Sequence record: PZ166176.1 | Direction: 5' to 3' (one strand) | DNA: 64,000 bases | Source of the DNA: a phage | In this document: in pieces, positions 44,086-53,645 of the stretch | Position numbering within the stretch: position 1 is the first letter of the stretch | Layout: each line of letters starts with the position of its first letter | The notes under the pieces: model-generated | What the model was told of the DNA's origin: nothing | Seen by the model: the letters and a program-made list of their open reading frames with translations, nothing else | Database searches by the model: none | Translations under genes and position numbers: made by a program

Positions 44086-45087
44086 ATGCCAGCAGTAATT
44101 TTAGATCAGGTTGTAGATTTCAGCCCTATGATCGAACTTCAGGATTCCCCTGATACACTGATTGCCAGCCTGAATCTGTTCAGTGTTGACTATCATTCAA
44201 CTACCGCTATTGAAATCGGTAAAGAAAAAGCTGAAGATGCTCTGATCTCCGCTCGTGAGCGTGGTGGTGAGCGTAACTTCCTGAGCATGAAAAATCCAGA
44301 ACTGAAAGCGTTCCGCATTCCGTTCTTCCCTCTGGATAAAAACATCAAAGCTCAAGATATCCAATCTTTCCGTAGCTTTGCAATGGCAGGAATCAATGAC
44401 TCTCTGCGCACAGACGCTGAAGTTGTTAACCGCTATATGTCCCAGATTCTACGTGACGTAGCAAAAACCAAAGAGAAAATCTTTGCAGAAGCAGTTATGG
44501 GTCGTGCCTATAACGGCGTAGGTGGTGCAGCTAACTCTGCATACAACTGGTATACCGAATGGGGTGCTACCCAGAAATCTGTTGCTGTAGACTTTGCTTC
44601 TACCACTATTTCTCCAGCAGCCACTATCGAGAAAGAAGCTCGTGCTTACATCATCGATACTAAACAAGATGGCTCTACCGCTACTCGTATCGTAGCTCTG
44701 TGTTCTCGTGAATTTTTCGCATCTCTGGTTAACTCTCCATTTGTTCGCCAGGCGTATCAGTATTTCCAGGGAACTCCTAACCTTCTGCGTGACCGCCTTA
44801 GCGGTAACATGGATGTTCAGGTGTTCGAATGGAACGGTGTAACTTACATTGAAGATATCCACGGTAACATCCCTGCTGGTGAAGCATATGTTCTGCCTAT
44901 GGGTATCGAAGGTATGTTCCAGGCGCACTACGCTCCTGCGGATACTCCAGAACTGGCTAACACCCAGGCTCGTGAACTGTATACCTTCATGATCAGCCAG
45001 CACCGCACTATTCAGCTTCAGTCTGAATTCTCGCTGCTCGCAGTTAACACCCGTCCAGAACTGGTAGTTAAACTGACTACGGCTTAA
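44086..45087 (+). CDS. major capsid protein (lambda gpE-like family)
   Basis: 333 aa; C-terminal LANTQARELYTF parallels lambda gpE LGNTQARGLRTY; followed by strong terminator. Confidence 0.75.
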   Translation: MPAVILDQVVDFSPMIELQDSPDTLIASLNLFSVDYHSTTAIEIGKEKAEDALISARERGGERNFLSMKNPELKAFRIPFFPLDKNIKAQDIQSFRSFAMAGINDSLRTDAEVVNRYMSQILRDVAKTKEKIFAEAVMGRAYNGVGGAANSAYNWYTEWGATQKSVAVDFASTTISPAATIEKEARAYIIDTKQDGSTATRIVALCSREFFASLVNSPFVRQAYQYFQGTPNLLRDRLSGNMDVQVFEWNGVTYIEDIHGNIPAGEAYVLPMGIEGMFQAHYAPADTPELANTQARELYTFMISQHRTIQLQSEFSLLAVNTRPELVVKLTTA

Positions 45088-45108
45088 TAGAACTCTGTTA
45101 AGATTAGA

Positions 45109-45140
45109 GGCTCGTCCGTGATGGGCGAGCCTTTTCTGTT
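45109..45140 (+). terminator. rho-independent terminator after major capsid gene
   Basis: GGCTCGTCC-gtgat-GGGCGAGCC hairpin followed by TTTTCTGTTT. Confidence 0.65.
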
Positions 45141-45171
45141 TACAATAAGAGTTTACAACGAGGAGATTGAT

Positions 45172-45516
45172 ATGTCAAACCCAGAATTGAAACGTTACTT
45201 TAGTTATCACGAAATGATTCGTGATTTCGAATCGCTTTCACCACTGATCGATGCTGATAAAACATTAGTATCTGCGCCACCAATGTCTTTCTATCTGAAA
45301 GATGGTCGTATTGCATTAGGTGGAAACTTCATCCACTTCCTCACACGTTTGAGAGAAGAAACAGGTATTCTTGTGCATCCTTTTGCAAGTGAAGAACACA
45401 TGGGTTACTATCTTGTAAGTTACGAAGACTATGCACCTGTAAAAATCAAAGAAGAAGTTTTAAAAGTAGAAGCGGTAGACACTCCAGCTAAAAAACGTTC
45501 CCTTCGTAAAAAATAA
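45172..45516 (+). CDS. hypothetical head-associated protein
   Basis: ATG (MSNPEL) after GAGGAG, downstream of terminator. Confidence 0.45.
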   Translation: MSNPELKRYFSYHEMIRDFESLSPLIDADKTLVSAPPMSFYLKDGRIALGGNFIHFLTRLREETGILVHPFASEEHMGYYLVSYEDYAPVKIKEEVLKVEAVDTPAKKRSLRKK

Positions 45517-45525
45517 GGTGGGCTT

Positions 45526-46074
45526 ATGCTGAATGCGGTAGAGTTGGCACCACTGATCCGAATTCTTGTTTATAACCCTTCTCAAGAAGTATTGCCAGAT
45601 GCAATGCTGATTCAGATCATCCAAACTTGGATTGATATTATAGGGAATGAAGATAAGGATAAGTGTGCAGTATTGTGGAACAGCTTGATTTCTGTTTTAG
45701 AGTATCTATGGAACAACGATGTTCTTAACAACAGTACTCAAACAGGAGGAGCTATGTCCCGCAGAGAAAAGATGGGTGAAGTCGAAGTTGAAGTTAAATT
45801 TAACAACGGTCAAGTAACTTATAAGTCTCCGTGGGAAGATATCTATCATAACTATTTAAACGGTCTTATGGTCATTCCTGGGTGCACGGCAGGACGAGGA
45901 GCAACCAGTAAAGTTCTTATTGGCGGTGTGGATGCTCGTGAGATTGATCGAGTAAACAGCGATCCTAACTCTGTGAATGGTCTTGGTAATGTTGCAAGTG
46001 TTGATCGTAATACACGTAACGTTAATTATTTGCGAAATTACGGACCTGTTTCTTTTTATCGTAGGGACAAATAA
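45526..46074 (+). CDS. putative head-tail connector / neck protein
   Basis: Position between capsid and tail genes. Confidence 0.35.
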   Translation: MLNAVELAPLIRILVYNPSQEVLPDAMLIQIIQTWIDIIGNEDKDKCAVLWNSLISVLEYLWNNDVLNNSTQTGGAMSRREKMGEVEVEVKFNNGQVTYKSPWEDIYHNYLNGLMVIPGCTAGRGATSKVLIGGVDAREIDRVNSDPNSVNGLGNVASVDRNTRNVNYLRNYGPVSFYRRDK

Positions 46075-46562
46075 TGGAAAGTGAGATCTTACCAGGTGAC
46101 GATACAGATTGGGAAACCATTATCAAAAAGATGATGGATCTTGAACAAGTTCAAATCGAAGCTGGTTTTTTAACAAACAAAAGGCATCCTGAATCAGATC
46201 TCACTATTCCTGCAATAGCAGCTATTCAACAATATGGTAATGAAACAAACAACATACCTGCTCGCCCTTTTATAACAGATGGTGCTGTTATCTCACAGAA
46301 CAATATCGCTAAAAAGATGAAGCAGGTGTTTGCAAATTACTTACTGAATAATGTCGGGTTAGCTGTTTTTGAGCCTATAGCGAGAGCCTCTAGAGAAGGA
46401 ATAGCTCAAGCGATTGCAATGCAACGTTATCGTCCTTTATCTCCTGTGACAATTAAGATACGACAAGATAAAGGCAACTATTCTAATCATATCTTAATAG
46501 ATACGGCACACATGATAAATGCAATCGAAACAAAAATCACAAAAAGCAAGTCTAAAAAATAA
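46074..46562 (+). CDS. putative neck / head completion protein
   Basis: Track ORF 162 aa, start overlaps upstream stop. Confidence 0.35.
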   Translation: MESEILPGDDTDWETIIKKMMDLEQVQIEAGFLTNKRHPESDLTIPAIAAIQQYGNETNNIPARPFITDGAVISQNNIAKKMKQVFANYLLNNVGLAVFEPIARASREGIAQAIAMQRYRPLSPVTIKIRQDKGNYSNHILIDTAHMINAIETKITKSKSKK

Positions 46563-46563
46563 C

Positions 46564-46592
46564 TTGCATAAACTTTGTTTTTGATGTATACT
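46564..46592 (+). promoter_or_regulatory. sigma70-like promoter (TTGCAT-17-TATACT)
   Basis: TTGCATaaactttgtttttgatgTATACT. Confidence 0.45.
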
Positions 46593-46607
46593 AAAAAGGA
46601 GATACAA

Positions 46608-47024
46608 GTGTTACTAGATCAATTTACTCTCCTTGATCTAACTGAATACCAAGGTCGTAGACGAGTCTACAAAGAGGCCGTTGGTTCAGTTATTGCTAAC
46701 TTAGAAAGTAGTGTAGAATATGAACAATTTACTATTGAAGCGGCAAGCTTACAACCGATATCTGGTAAAACACTGAATGCACTACCTGAAGGTTACAGAT
46801 CTAAGGCTCAATATAGTTTCTGGACTAAAACAGAAATGAAGGGGTTACAACAAGGAACAGAACAGTTATCAGATCAGATATTGATAGATGGTAAATGGTA
46901 TTCTGTTTATTCCCTTAAAGATTGGACCAGAACATCTTTCTTAGTCCATCATCACTGTGTTGCGATATTAGACGATCAAAACAACTCCTGGTCTTATGGA
47001 ACAGAAGGAGGAAACTTTGGCTAA
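46608..47024 (+). CDS. putative tail completion / neck protein
   Basis: GTG start after AAAGGAG; track start 46575 lies inside the promoter. Confidence 0.4.
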   Translation: MLLDQFTLLDLTEYQGRRRVYKEAVGSVIANLESSVEYEQFTIEAASLQPISGKTLNALPEGYRSKAQYSFWTKTEMKGLQQGTEQLSDQILIDGKWYSVYSLKDWTRTSFLVHHHCVAILDDQNNSWSYGTEGGNFG

Positions 47025-47655
47025 TATTTACCAACAAATAGAAGCATACGAAAATGCCATCTACTTAAATATAGGTGGCTTCCTTCAAGAATTAGTGGGG
47101 TTGCCAGTCTATGTTATGGATAAGCCATTCATTAAACCGGATACTCCTTACCTAGCACTACGTATTATCACTTCCAGCGATTCTGGAGGTTGGTCTTACC
47201 GAAGCTCTATTCAAAATGATATGTATTCCTACGAGATGGATAATACCTACGAGATTGAACTTGTAGCCTATCGTGGAAGACCTACCACTTTGATGAGCTA
47301 TGTTCTGGCTGCTCTCCGTGGTGCAGAGGAATTAAAATACAAACATCTCTATTCTAAAGGTCTTGGTTTTTTAGGAGCCTCCAATATAGCTCAAGCCAAT
47401 ACAATTGTAGACGGAGATAAGACTGAATTAAGAGCGCGTATGGTTATGACGTTCAACACTCGTATGAGTATTGAAGATATTGCTACTACACCAATAGAAG
47501 CAATCAACATGCACATCCGTTCATTCAGAGATAGTTACAATGATCCTATCCCTTTAGATTTAATTCTAAACAGGATTTATGCAATTACTTTGGTTCCAGG
47601 CGAATACTCGTCAGTCAATCAAAATGGATCATTATTTAACAACCCTACCGAATAA
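46996..47655 (+). CDS. putative tail sheath stabiliser / tail terminator
   Basis: 219 aa immediately upstream of sheath gene. Confidence 0.35.
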   Translation: MEQKEETLANIYQQIEAYENAIYLNIGGFLQELVGLPVYVMDKPFIKPDTPYLALRIITSSDSGGWSYRSSIQNDMYSYEMDNTYEIELVAYRGRPTTLMSYVLAALRGAEELKYKHLYSKGLGFLGASNIAQANTIVDGDKTELRARMVMTFNTRMSIEDIATTPIEAINMHIRSFRDSYNDPIPLDLILNRIYAITLVPGEYSSVNQNGSLFNNPTE

Positions 47656-47689
47656 ACTCATTGGAATTAAGTTTCTAACAGGAGCATAA

Positions 47690-49063
47690 ATGGCAACTTT
47701 TCGTGAAAAGGTAGCAACCGTAACTTTACTGTATGGTGCTACATCAATTCGTGAAACCCAGTTCGATATTCCCCTGATCCTTACAGGTCAGAACGTAACT
47801 GGCGAAGCGATTCAATATTACTCTTCTTCCGATGCACTTTTGGAAGCAGGTTATGGATTAAATGATCCAGCGTATATTATGGCAGTCAAACTGTTTAACG
47901 GTTTGTTCCCACCAGATCAAGTTATGGTTGGTAAGCGTGAAGTTACAAACTTTACTCTAACTCCAATCGTAGAAGATAGTGCAACTTACACAATTACCAT
48001 CAAAAATGGTACCAAGAAAAAAGAATTTAAATTCATTGCTGATGACACTGCAACTGCACAAGAGATTGTAGTTGGTCTGACTGAAATGATCAATGCAGAT
48101 CTCGTTTATGGCCCACTGTTTACAGTAGCTAACAACGGCGCCGCAATGACTTTCACTCCAGTAGAAGGTAAGTTTGGTTCTATTGACAGCACAGGTTTCA
48201 CTCAAGAAACTGTCTATGCTAATGCTATTACGGAAGATATTGCTGCTCTGCATGATATTGATAGTAGCTGGTTCTGGACCCTTTCAGATTCCCATGAAAC
48301 AGAAGATGTTCTAGCTTTGGCTGCATGGGTAGAAGAGAATGATAAAGTTTACTTCTTCTCTAGCTCTGAACCTGGAATTAAAACGAAAGCAGAAGATAAC
48401 GTTCTGGAACGACTGAATGACCTCGGTTATAATAACACTTGCTTTGCTTTGTGGATGACCGATGCAGATTCTGTATTCCCAGAAGCAGCAGTTGTTGGTG
48501 CAATCTGTTCTCGTCAACCTGGTTTAACTACTCTTCACGGTAAAACACTGGTAGGCGTAGAGATCGAGAAACTGGATCAGACTTCGGAAAATAATATTGT
48601 TCAACAGAACGGTAACATCTATCGTAAAGAGCATGGAACTCTGTTCTATCGTGATGGATTGATGGTTAGCGGTTTCTTTGTTGATTATGTTGTTCATGCT
48701 TTGTGGTTTAAAGCTCGCACAGAAGAATCACTGTTTACACTGTTTAAACAACAGTCTATGCTGGGTGGCGGTGTTCGTGCTACTTCAAACGGTCTGGCTT
48801 TGATTCGACAAGCTGTTCTGGCTAACCCGATCCAAGTAGGTATCCTCAACGGTTCCATCGCTAATGAAGTTGTTACTTCTGAAGAGACTGGTTTGCGTGT
48901 CGATCTGAAACCTATTGTTTATATTCCTTCTCGTGCCGATATGACTGATGCGCAAATCAATGCTCGTCTGGTCGATGGGATGAAGATTGAATATGTTTAC
49001 GCTGGCTTCTTCCATTACGTTAAAGTTCAGGTCAACGTCCTGACTAACCGTACTGCAAACTAA
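47690..49063 (+). CDS. tail sheath protein
   Basis: 457 aa, immediately upstream of tube gene; sheath-tube-chaperone-tape-measure order. Confidence 0.6.
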   Translation: MATFREKVATVTLLYGATSIRETQFDIPLILTGQNVTGEAIQYYSSSDALLEAGYGLNDPAYIMAVKLFNGLFPPDQVMVGKREVTNFTLTPIVEDSATYTITIKNGTKKKEFKFIADDTATAQEIVVGLTEMINADLVYGPLFTVANNGAAMTFTPVEGKFGSIDSTGFTQETVYANAITEDIAALHDIDSSWFWTLSDSHETEDVLALAAWVEENDKVYFFSSSEPGIKTKAEDNVLERLNDLGYNNTCFALWMTDADSVFPEAAVVGAICSRQPGLTTLHGKTLVGVEIEKLDQTSENNIVQQNGNIYRKEHGTLFYRDGLMVSGFFVDYVVHALWFKARTEESLFTLFKQQSMLGGGVRATSNGLALIRQAVLANPIQVGILNGSIANEVVTSEETGLRVDLKPIVYIPSRADMTDAQINARLVDGMKIEYVYAGFFHYVKVQVNVLTNRTAN

Positions 49064-49068
49064 TACGG

Positions 49069-49095
49069 CGGGGGTTAAGCCCCCGTTATCAAAAT
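49069..49095 (+). terminator. terminator-like hairpin after sheath gene
   Basis: CGGGGG-ttaag-CCCCCG hairpin followed by TTATC; weak U tract. Confidence 0.4.
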
Positions 49096-49109
49096 AAAGA
49101 GGATCTATA

Positions 49110-49589
49110 ATGGATAAAATGCTTACTGGCGTAATGGCCTACGACCCATCTCAAGTTATCCTTTCATTAGGTGGTTGGGAACCGTGGGGTTTTGCGGCTG
49201 ATACTAAAATCGTTATTGCTAAATCTAACGATATTATCAACCCTTATTCAGGGACTGATGGCGACGTTTCTCTAGCTTTGAGTCGTAACCGTTTGGGAAC
49301 ACTCACAATGTCTTTGCAACGCACATCTCCAGCTAACGAAGTACTTGCAACATATGCACAAACAATGTATTCTACTCGTCAAGTAGCGTTCAGTGTTTAC
49401 TTGGAAGACCCACGTGGCTATTACATTAGCACGATTGGATGGATTCAAAGTCAGCCTGAAGATACTATTGGTGAAATGATTACAGAGAACCAATGGGTTA
49501 TTGGTCTTAAAGATGCAAGCCTTCTGCGTAATGAAGTTGGTGTAGGTTTGAGCACCCTTAACTCAATCTCTGCTCTGACAATTCAATAA
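49110..49589 (+). CDS. tail tube protein
   Basis: 159 aa between sheath and chaperone genes. Confidence 0.6.
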   Translation: MDKMLTGVMAYDPSQVILSLGGWEPWGFAADTKIVIAKSNDIINPYSGTDGDVSLALSRNRLGTLTMSLQRTSPANEVLATYAQTMYSTRQVAFSVYLEDPRGYYISTIGWIQSQPEDTIGEMITENQWVIGLKDASLLRNEVGVGLSTLNSISALTIQ

Positions 49590-49595
49590 TAAATA

Positions 49596-49618
49596 AAGGG
49601 CAGAAATGCCCTTTTTAT
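49596..49618 (+). terminator. rho-independent terminator after tube gene
   Basis: GGGCA-gaaa-TGCCC hairpin followed by TTTTT. Confidence 0.6.
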
Positions 49619-49634
49619 CATTAGAGAGGAAAAT

Positions 49635-50117
49635 ATGTCACAAGAACAAGATAACACAATTCAAAAATATGCTCGACCAGAAGAAGTAGTTGAGATTCCG
49701 TTAGATGGAAACAGATCTGTTACTTTCCGTATTATGAAGTGGAGTCCATCTAAAGTGTTTGACAGGATTCCAGAATTGGGTAGTGTTCTGGTTGTTCCTA
49801 TGACTATGTATAGCACAGCAACAATGTCCGCAGACGAAGACCTTGAGTCACGTATTGCTATGGCACTGATCCAACTTTTTTCAGGTTTGGAAGAAAAGAA
49901 TTTAACTGTCTTTTTGCGTAAAATTTTAGATGAGGTTTATACCCAAGACGGTTATAACGTTGCAGAAAATTTTGATGAATTATTTATGGCTCACCCAGAA
50001 CTAGTGTTAGATCTTACTGCTAAAGTTCTGGAGGTAAACTACGGCCCTTTTTTCAAACGAGGTTTCGGAAAACTGTTCACACAGCTTCAGGCGATGACGA
50101 GTTTAGCAGCAAATTAA
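49635..50117 (+). CDS. tail assembly chaperone (G-like, zero-frame product)
   Basis: 160 aa directly upstream of tape measure gene; contains slippery site. Confidence 0.6.
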   Translation: MSQEQDNTIQKYARPEEVVEIPLDGNRSVTFRIMKWSPSKVFDRIPELGSVLVVPMTMYSTATMSADEDLESRIAMALIQLFSGLEEKNLTVFLRKILDEVYTQDGYNVAENFDELFMAHPELVLDLTAKVLEVNYGPFFKRGFGKLFTQLQAMTSLAAN

Positions 50118-50383
50118 CACCTGCGATTGAACATGCTATCGACACAGCAACGAAAACCCTTACTTTGAAGTGGTATGAGGTTATTCTTTGCAAAGTCGTT
50201 AAAGATACCTCGGAAACACTGAAAACATTAGATAACTACGGTGTAGATTATCTTTTAAAACTATATGAGTATTTAACATACGAAGAGTATGTTGAAGCCA
50301 TGTATGTTAAAGACACTTCAATAAAGAGAAAACATCAAAACCAGACAAATAAAATGTCAGATTTGTTTAAGAAACTTGTTTAA
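49635..50383 (+). CDS. tail assembly chaperone -1 frameshift fusion product (GT-like)
   Basis: Slippery heptamer T_TTT_TTC at 50048..50054; -1 frame open from 50024 to 50383. Confidence 0.55.
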
Positions 50384-50403
50384 TCCAACACGAGGAACAT
50401 ACT

Positions 50404-52392
50404 TTGTTAGAAATTAACGCCTCCAAAATTAGTAACGTGGTTACGTTTAAGGTGGACAAGAACAGTCTCAAGGAAGCAAAAGATGCCGTGTTGAGTGTTC
50501 AGAAGTTTGCAAATAAAATGCAACCCACTATGAACATGACCAAGTTTAGACAACAAATGAAAGAGATTGAGCGTGAACTTAAGAAAGCTCAAACTCAAAG
50601 TCAAAAGCCTATGCGAGCACCTACTCCCGCTGGAGCGGGTGCTCCTGTAGGTGGTTCTGGTAGACCTAGAACTCCTAAAACGCCGCAAGGAAGAGAAGAA
50701 GAAAAAGCTCGTAAAGCTGCTGAACGCGAAGCTAAAGCAGCAGCACGTAGGGAAGACTTAGGTAATCTTCGTTTGCAGAACTTTAACTACCGAGCAAGAG
50801 CATTTAGTAAAGCAAGCCCTGGTGCTATGCAAGAAGCTAGAGACGTTATGGGTAAAGCCGTAGAGCAATACAAAAAGGGTGAAATAACTCTTCAACGTAT
50901 GAACCAAGCTCTTGCTCACCAGTTAGATGCTTTACGCAGATCTCATCGTGAAAAGAATGCTGAAATAGAAGACGAGGTTCGAGGTCGTCGCCGTATTCGT
51001 AGAGAGCTAGAAGCAGAAGCTAAAATGCGTATACGTATGCGAAATCGTGAACTTAGAGATATAGAACGCAACCGTAAGCGTGAATTAGCTCAACAGAAAC
51101 GTGATCGTGATCGTCGATATGGACAATTAAAAGAAGGTGCAGCAGGTCTTAATCCACGCATGATTGCATCCTCTTTGATTGGTGCTGGGCTGTTTGCAGG
51201 TGGTTCTGTAGTTGGTAACACGTTGATGAATACTAACGAAAGAATTAAACTTGTAAGCCGTGGTGCTGAAAACGTTCAGACAAACGCCAACGCTATTTTG
51301 GCAATGACAGCTTGGGGTGAACAGAACGGTGTAGACTCTGCAAATATTATTAAATCAATAGATAATATTAAAGACGTTCGTGAACGTCTTGGTAATACAG
51401 TTTTAGCTGCAAAGTGGAATGAGAAAGAAGGGAAGTGGAAAGGCGGTGATAATGGCATAACTGACATTATGAACTTGTTTGGATGGAATCCAGAACAGCT
51501 TAAACCTTTACAGAACGATCCTTTAGCTTTTATTCAGGCTACTGTTAATGAAGGTGAGCGTCGAGGTATGAACTCTGCTCAAATCGGGCGACTTCTTGAA
51601 AACCTTGGTGATGACCTTATGCACTACCAACGTATGTTTAGTAAAAACGGCGAAGGGTATAATGAAGTATTGAAGATGCTTCAAAGAACAGGTGCAACAT
51701 TAACTCAAGAACAAATAGATGCTTCTAAAGAGTTTACTCGTTTTGCTGCAACAGTTCAGCTTGTAGGTCAAGGTATGCAGAACCATTTCTTAGAAGGTTT
51801 TGTAAAAGCTTTACCTAAAGATGATTCTTGGTTGGATAACGTTAAAGTGCTAGATCAGTTCGCCAAAGATTTAGGTGAAGAACTCGGTAAGACAACAGTT
51901 CAATTAGGAGGTTTTGCTAAAGAATTGGGAGATGGTTTCGGATCTTTTACCAATTGGCTTAAAGAAACATTCCCAGATACATTCGGAGACAACACAGATC
52001 CTAATAAATCTATAGCACAAAAAGCATACGAGGCAACGCAAAGTGGAGACAGCAATCCTGTAGCAGATTGGTTGTACAATTTAACAGGTATTGATACACA
52101 AGATATTGGTCGTATGTGGAGAGGAGAACAAACAAGAACACGTGCTTTTGGATTTGGTAATCCTCTTGAAGATTTACGTGAATCAGCCTATACACCTAAC
52201 GTAAGTTTGGCTCGTAATCAACCTGTTGTTGAGAATACGGTAGCAATACCAAGTGATCTTATCAAAGTTACGATCAGCCCTTCTTCAGAGTTTGGAAATA
52301 TTCTTGATGCAAGAATTCAAAATAGCGGAAATAGCATTTTCCAACGTTTGTCTCTTTCAACTCTAAGTGGACAATCTAACACTGGTGGTTAA
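50404..52392 (+). CDS. tail tape measure protein
   Basis: 662 aa, coiled-coil Arg/Glu-rich centre, directly after the frameshifted chaperone pair; start codon uncertain (track uses TTG). Confidence 0.65.
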   Translation: MLEINASKISNVVTFKVDKNSLKEAKDAVLSVQKFANKMQPTMNMTKFRQQMKEIERELKKAQTQSQKPMRAPTPAGAGAPVGGSGRPRTPKTPQGREEEKARKAAEREAKAAARREDLGNLRLQNFNYRARAFSKASPGAMQEARDVMGKAVEQYKKGEITLQRMNQALAHQLDALRRSHREKNAEIEDEVRGRRRIRRELEAEAKMRIRMRNRELRDIERNRKRELAQQKRDRDRRYGQLKEGAAGLNPRMIASSLIGAGLFAGGSVVGNTLMNTNERIKLVSRGAENVQTNANAILAMTAWGEQNGVDSANIIKSIDNIKDVRERLGNTVLAAKWNEKEGKWKGGDNGITDIMNLFGWNPEQLKPLQNDPLAFIQATVNEGERRGMNSAQIGRLLENLGDDLMHYQRMFSKNGEGYNEVLKMLQRTGATLTQEQIDASKEFTRFAATVQLVGQGMQNHFLEGFVKALPKDDSWLDNVKVLDQFAKDLGEELGKTTVQLGGFAKELGDGFGSFTNWLKETFPDTFGDNTDPNKSIAQKAYEATQSGDSNPVADWLYNLTGIDTQDIGRMWRGEQTRTRAFGFGNPLEDLRESAYTPNVSLARNQPVVENTVAIPSDLIKVTISPSSEFGNILDARIQNSGNSIFQRLSLSTLSGQSNTGG

Positions 52393-52399
52393 TAAAATA

Positions 52400-52426
52400 C
52401 CTCGCTTCGGCGGGGTTTTTTCGTTT
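52400..52426 (+). terminator. rho-independent terminator after tape measure gene
   Basis: CCTCGC-ttcg-GCGGGG hairpin followed by TTTTTT. Confidence 0.6.
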
Positions 52427-52429
52427 CCC

Positions 52430-52459
52430 TTGACACGAAGTTTCTATATGTGTTACAAT
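52430..52459 (+). promoter_or_regulatory. sigma70-like promoter (TTGACA-18-TACAAT)
   Basis: cccTTGACAcgaagtttctatatgtgtTACAAT. Confidence 0.5.
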
Positions 52460-52518
52460 AATCAATATGGGAAGATCTTGCATCTTCCTTTTGGCATTAT
52501 CATTACTACGAGGTTATC

Positions 52519-53220
52519 ATGGCAGCAATGACTCCACAACAGTCGGTGAGAGCCGTCTATAAGGCAGAACAGGAAATCAACTCTACCGAGAATAAAAATA
52601 CCTCGGCATCTACTGTAAAAGGTGATAATGGTTTCTGCATTTTAGCAAGTGTTTATAATAGTTCAAGTGATCAATACATTCAAAACTTTAAAGCAATTAC
52701 TTTCGATTCAGTCCCTGAAATAGGTGTAACTCGTGAGGCAGATGTTACAAGTTTTCCAGTAGAATCAGGATCAGATGTAAGTGACCACGTTCAAATAAAA
52801 AACAACAGATTTAAACTTTCAGGTATAATTACCGAAACACCAATTCGGCTTATGCGAGATCAATTATACAGTGCAGGTGTAAATGGAGCAAGGATTTCTC
52901 AAGCAATAGAATACCTAGATCAAATATTTGAGTCAAGACAACCAATAGTTCTTTTGACAGAACATAGAACTTTTGAAAATGTTATTCTCAAAGGTTATTC
53001 CTATGATTATAAATCTGAATTTGCTATGCAATTTGATTTAGAGTTTGAACAAATCCGTCTTGTTTCTAAGGCCACTACTAACGCTATTGCTGTAAAAACA
53101 GCACCAAATAAGTCAACTGGTGGTGATGTGAAAGGTCAAGTTGCTTCGAATGGTCCTAAGTCAGATATTACAGTAAGAACTGCTGAAGCTACTAATACCC
53201 CAACAAACAACGGAGGTTAA
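52519..53220 (+). CDS. baseplate / tail assembly protein
   Basis: 233 aa, first gene after tape measure. Confidence 0.35.
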   Translation: MAAMTPQQSVRAVYKAEQEINSTENKNTSASTVKGDNGFCILASVYNSSSDQYIQNFKAITFDSVPEIGVTREADVTSFPVESGSDVSDHVQIKNNRFKLSGIITETPIRLMRDQLYSAGVNGARISQAIEYLDQIFESRQPIVLLTEHRTFENVILKGYSYDYKSEFAMQFDLEFEQIRLVSKATTNAIAVKTAPNKSTGGDVKGQVASNGPKSDITVRTAEATNTPTNNGG

Positions 53221-53222
53221 TA

Positions 53223-53636
53223 GTGACAACTTATTCTAAAACAACAAGGTCTACAAGTAATACAGGCTACAGTGCAGTTTATCTGGAGGACCATTCTACT
53301 TATTTTGCATGGTATCTGAAAACTGAAGAGTACCCTGATCAAACATATACAGTTACATTGGATGGAGTTGATTATGACATTCGTTTAAGGTGGAACACTA
53401 GGGACGAGTCTTGGCAATGTCAGATGGGATTATCTGGAGATGATCCAAGTATAAGTTTCAAAGTTACAAATGGTTTAGATCTTCTTAAACCTTATAAATA
53501 TCTTGAAAGTGTTCCAGATGGTCAATTGTATATAGTAGATACAGTTAAGATTAATGGTCGTCCTGGGTATACAACTACAGGTCGAGATAAACGTTTTGTA
53601 TTGGTTTATATTGATAACAAACCTAATCAGGCGTAA
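53223..53636 (+). CDS. baseplate assembly protein
   Basis: 137 aa, GTG start. Confidence 0.35.
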   Translation: MTTYSKTTRSTSNTGYSAVYLEDHSTYFAWYLKTEEYPDQTYTVTLDGVDYDIRLRWNTRDESWQCQMGLSGDDPSISFKVTNGLDLLKPYKYLESVPDGQLYIVDTVKINGRPGYTTTGRDKRFVLVYIDNKPNQA

Positions 53637-53645
53637 GGAGATAAT

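Noticed and set aside
44449-45003. 184-aa minus-strand ORF
   Set aside because: Antisense to the major capsid gene, which has strong family similarity
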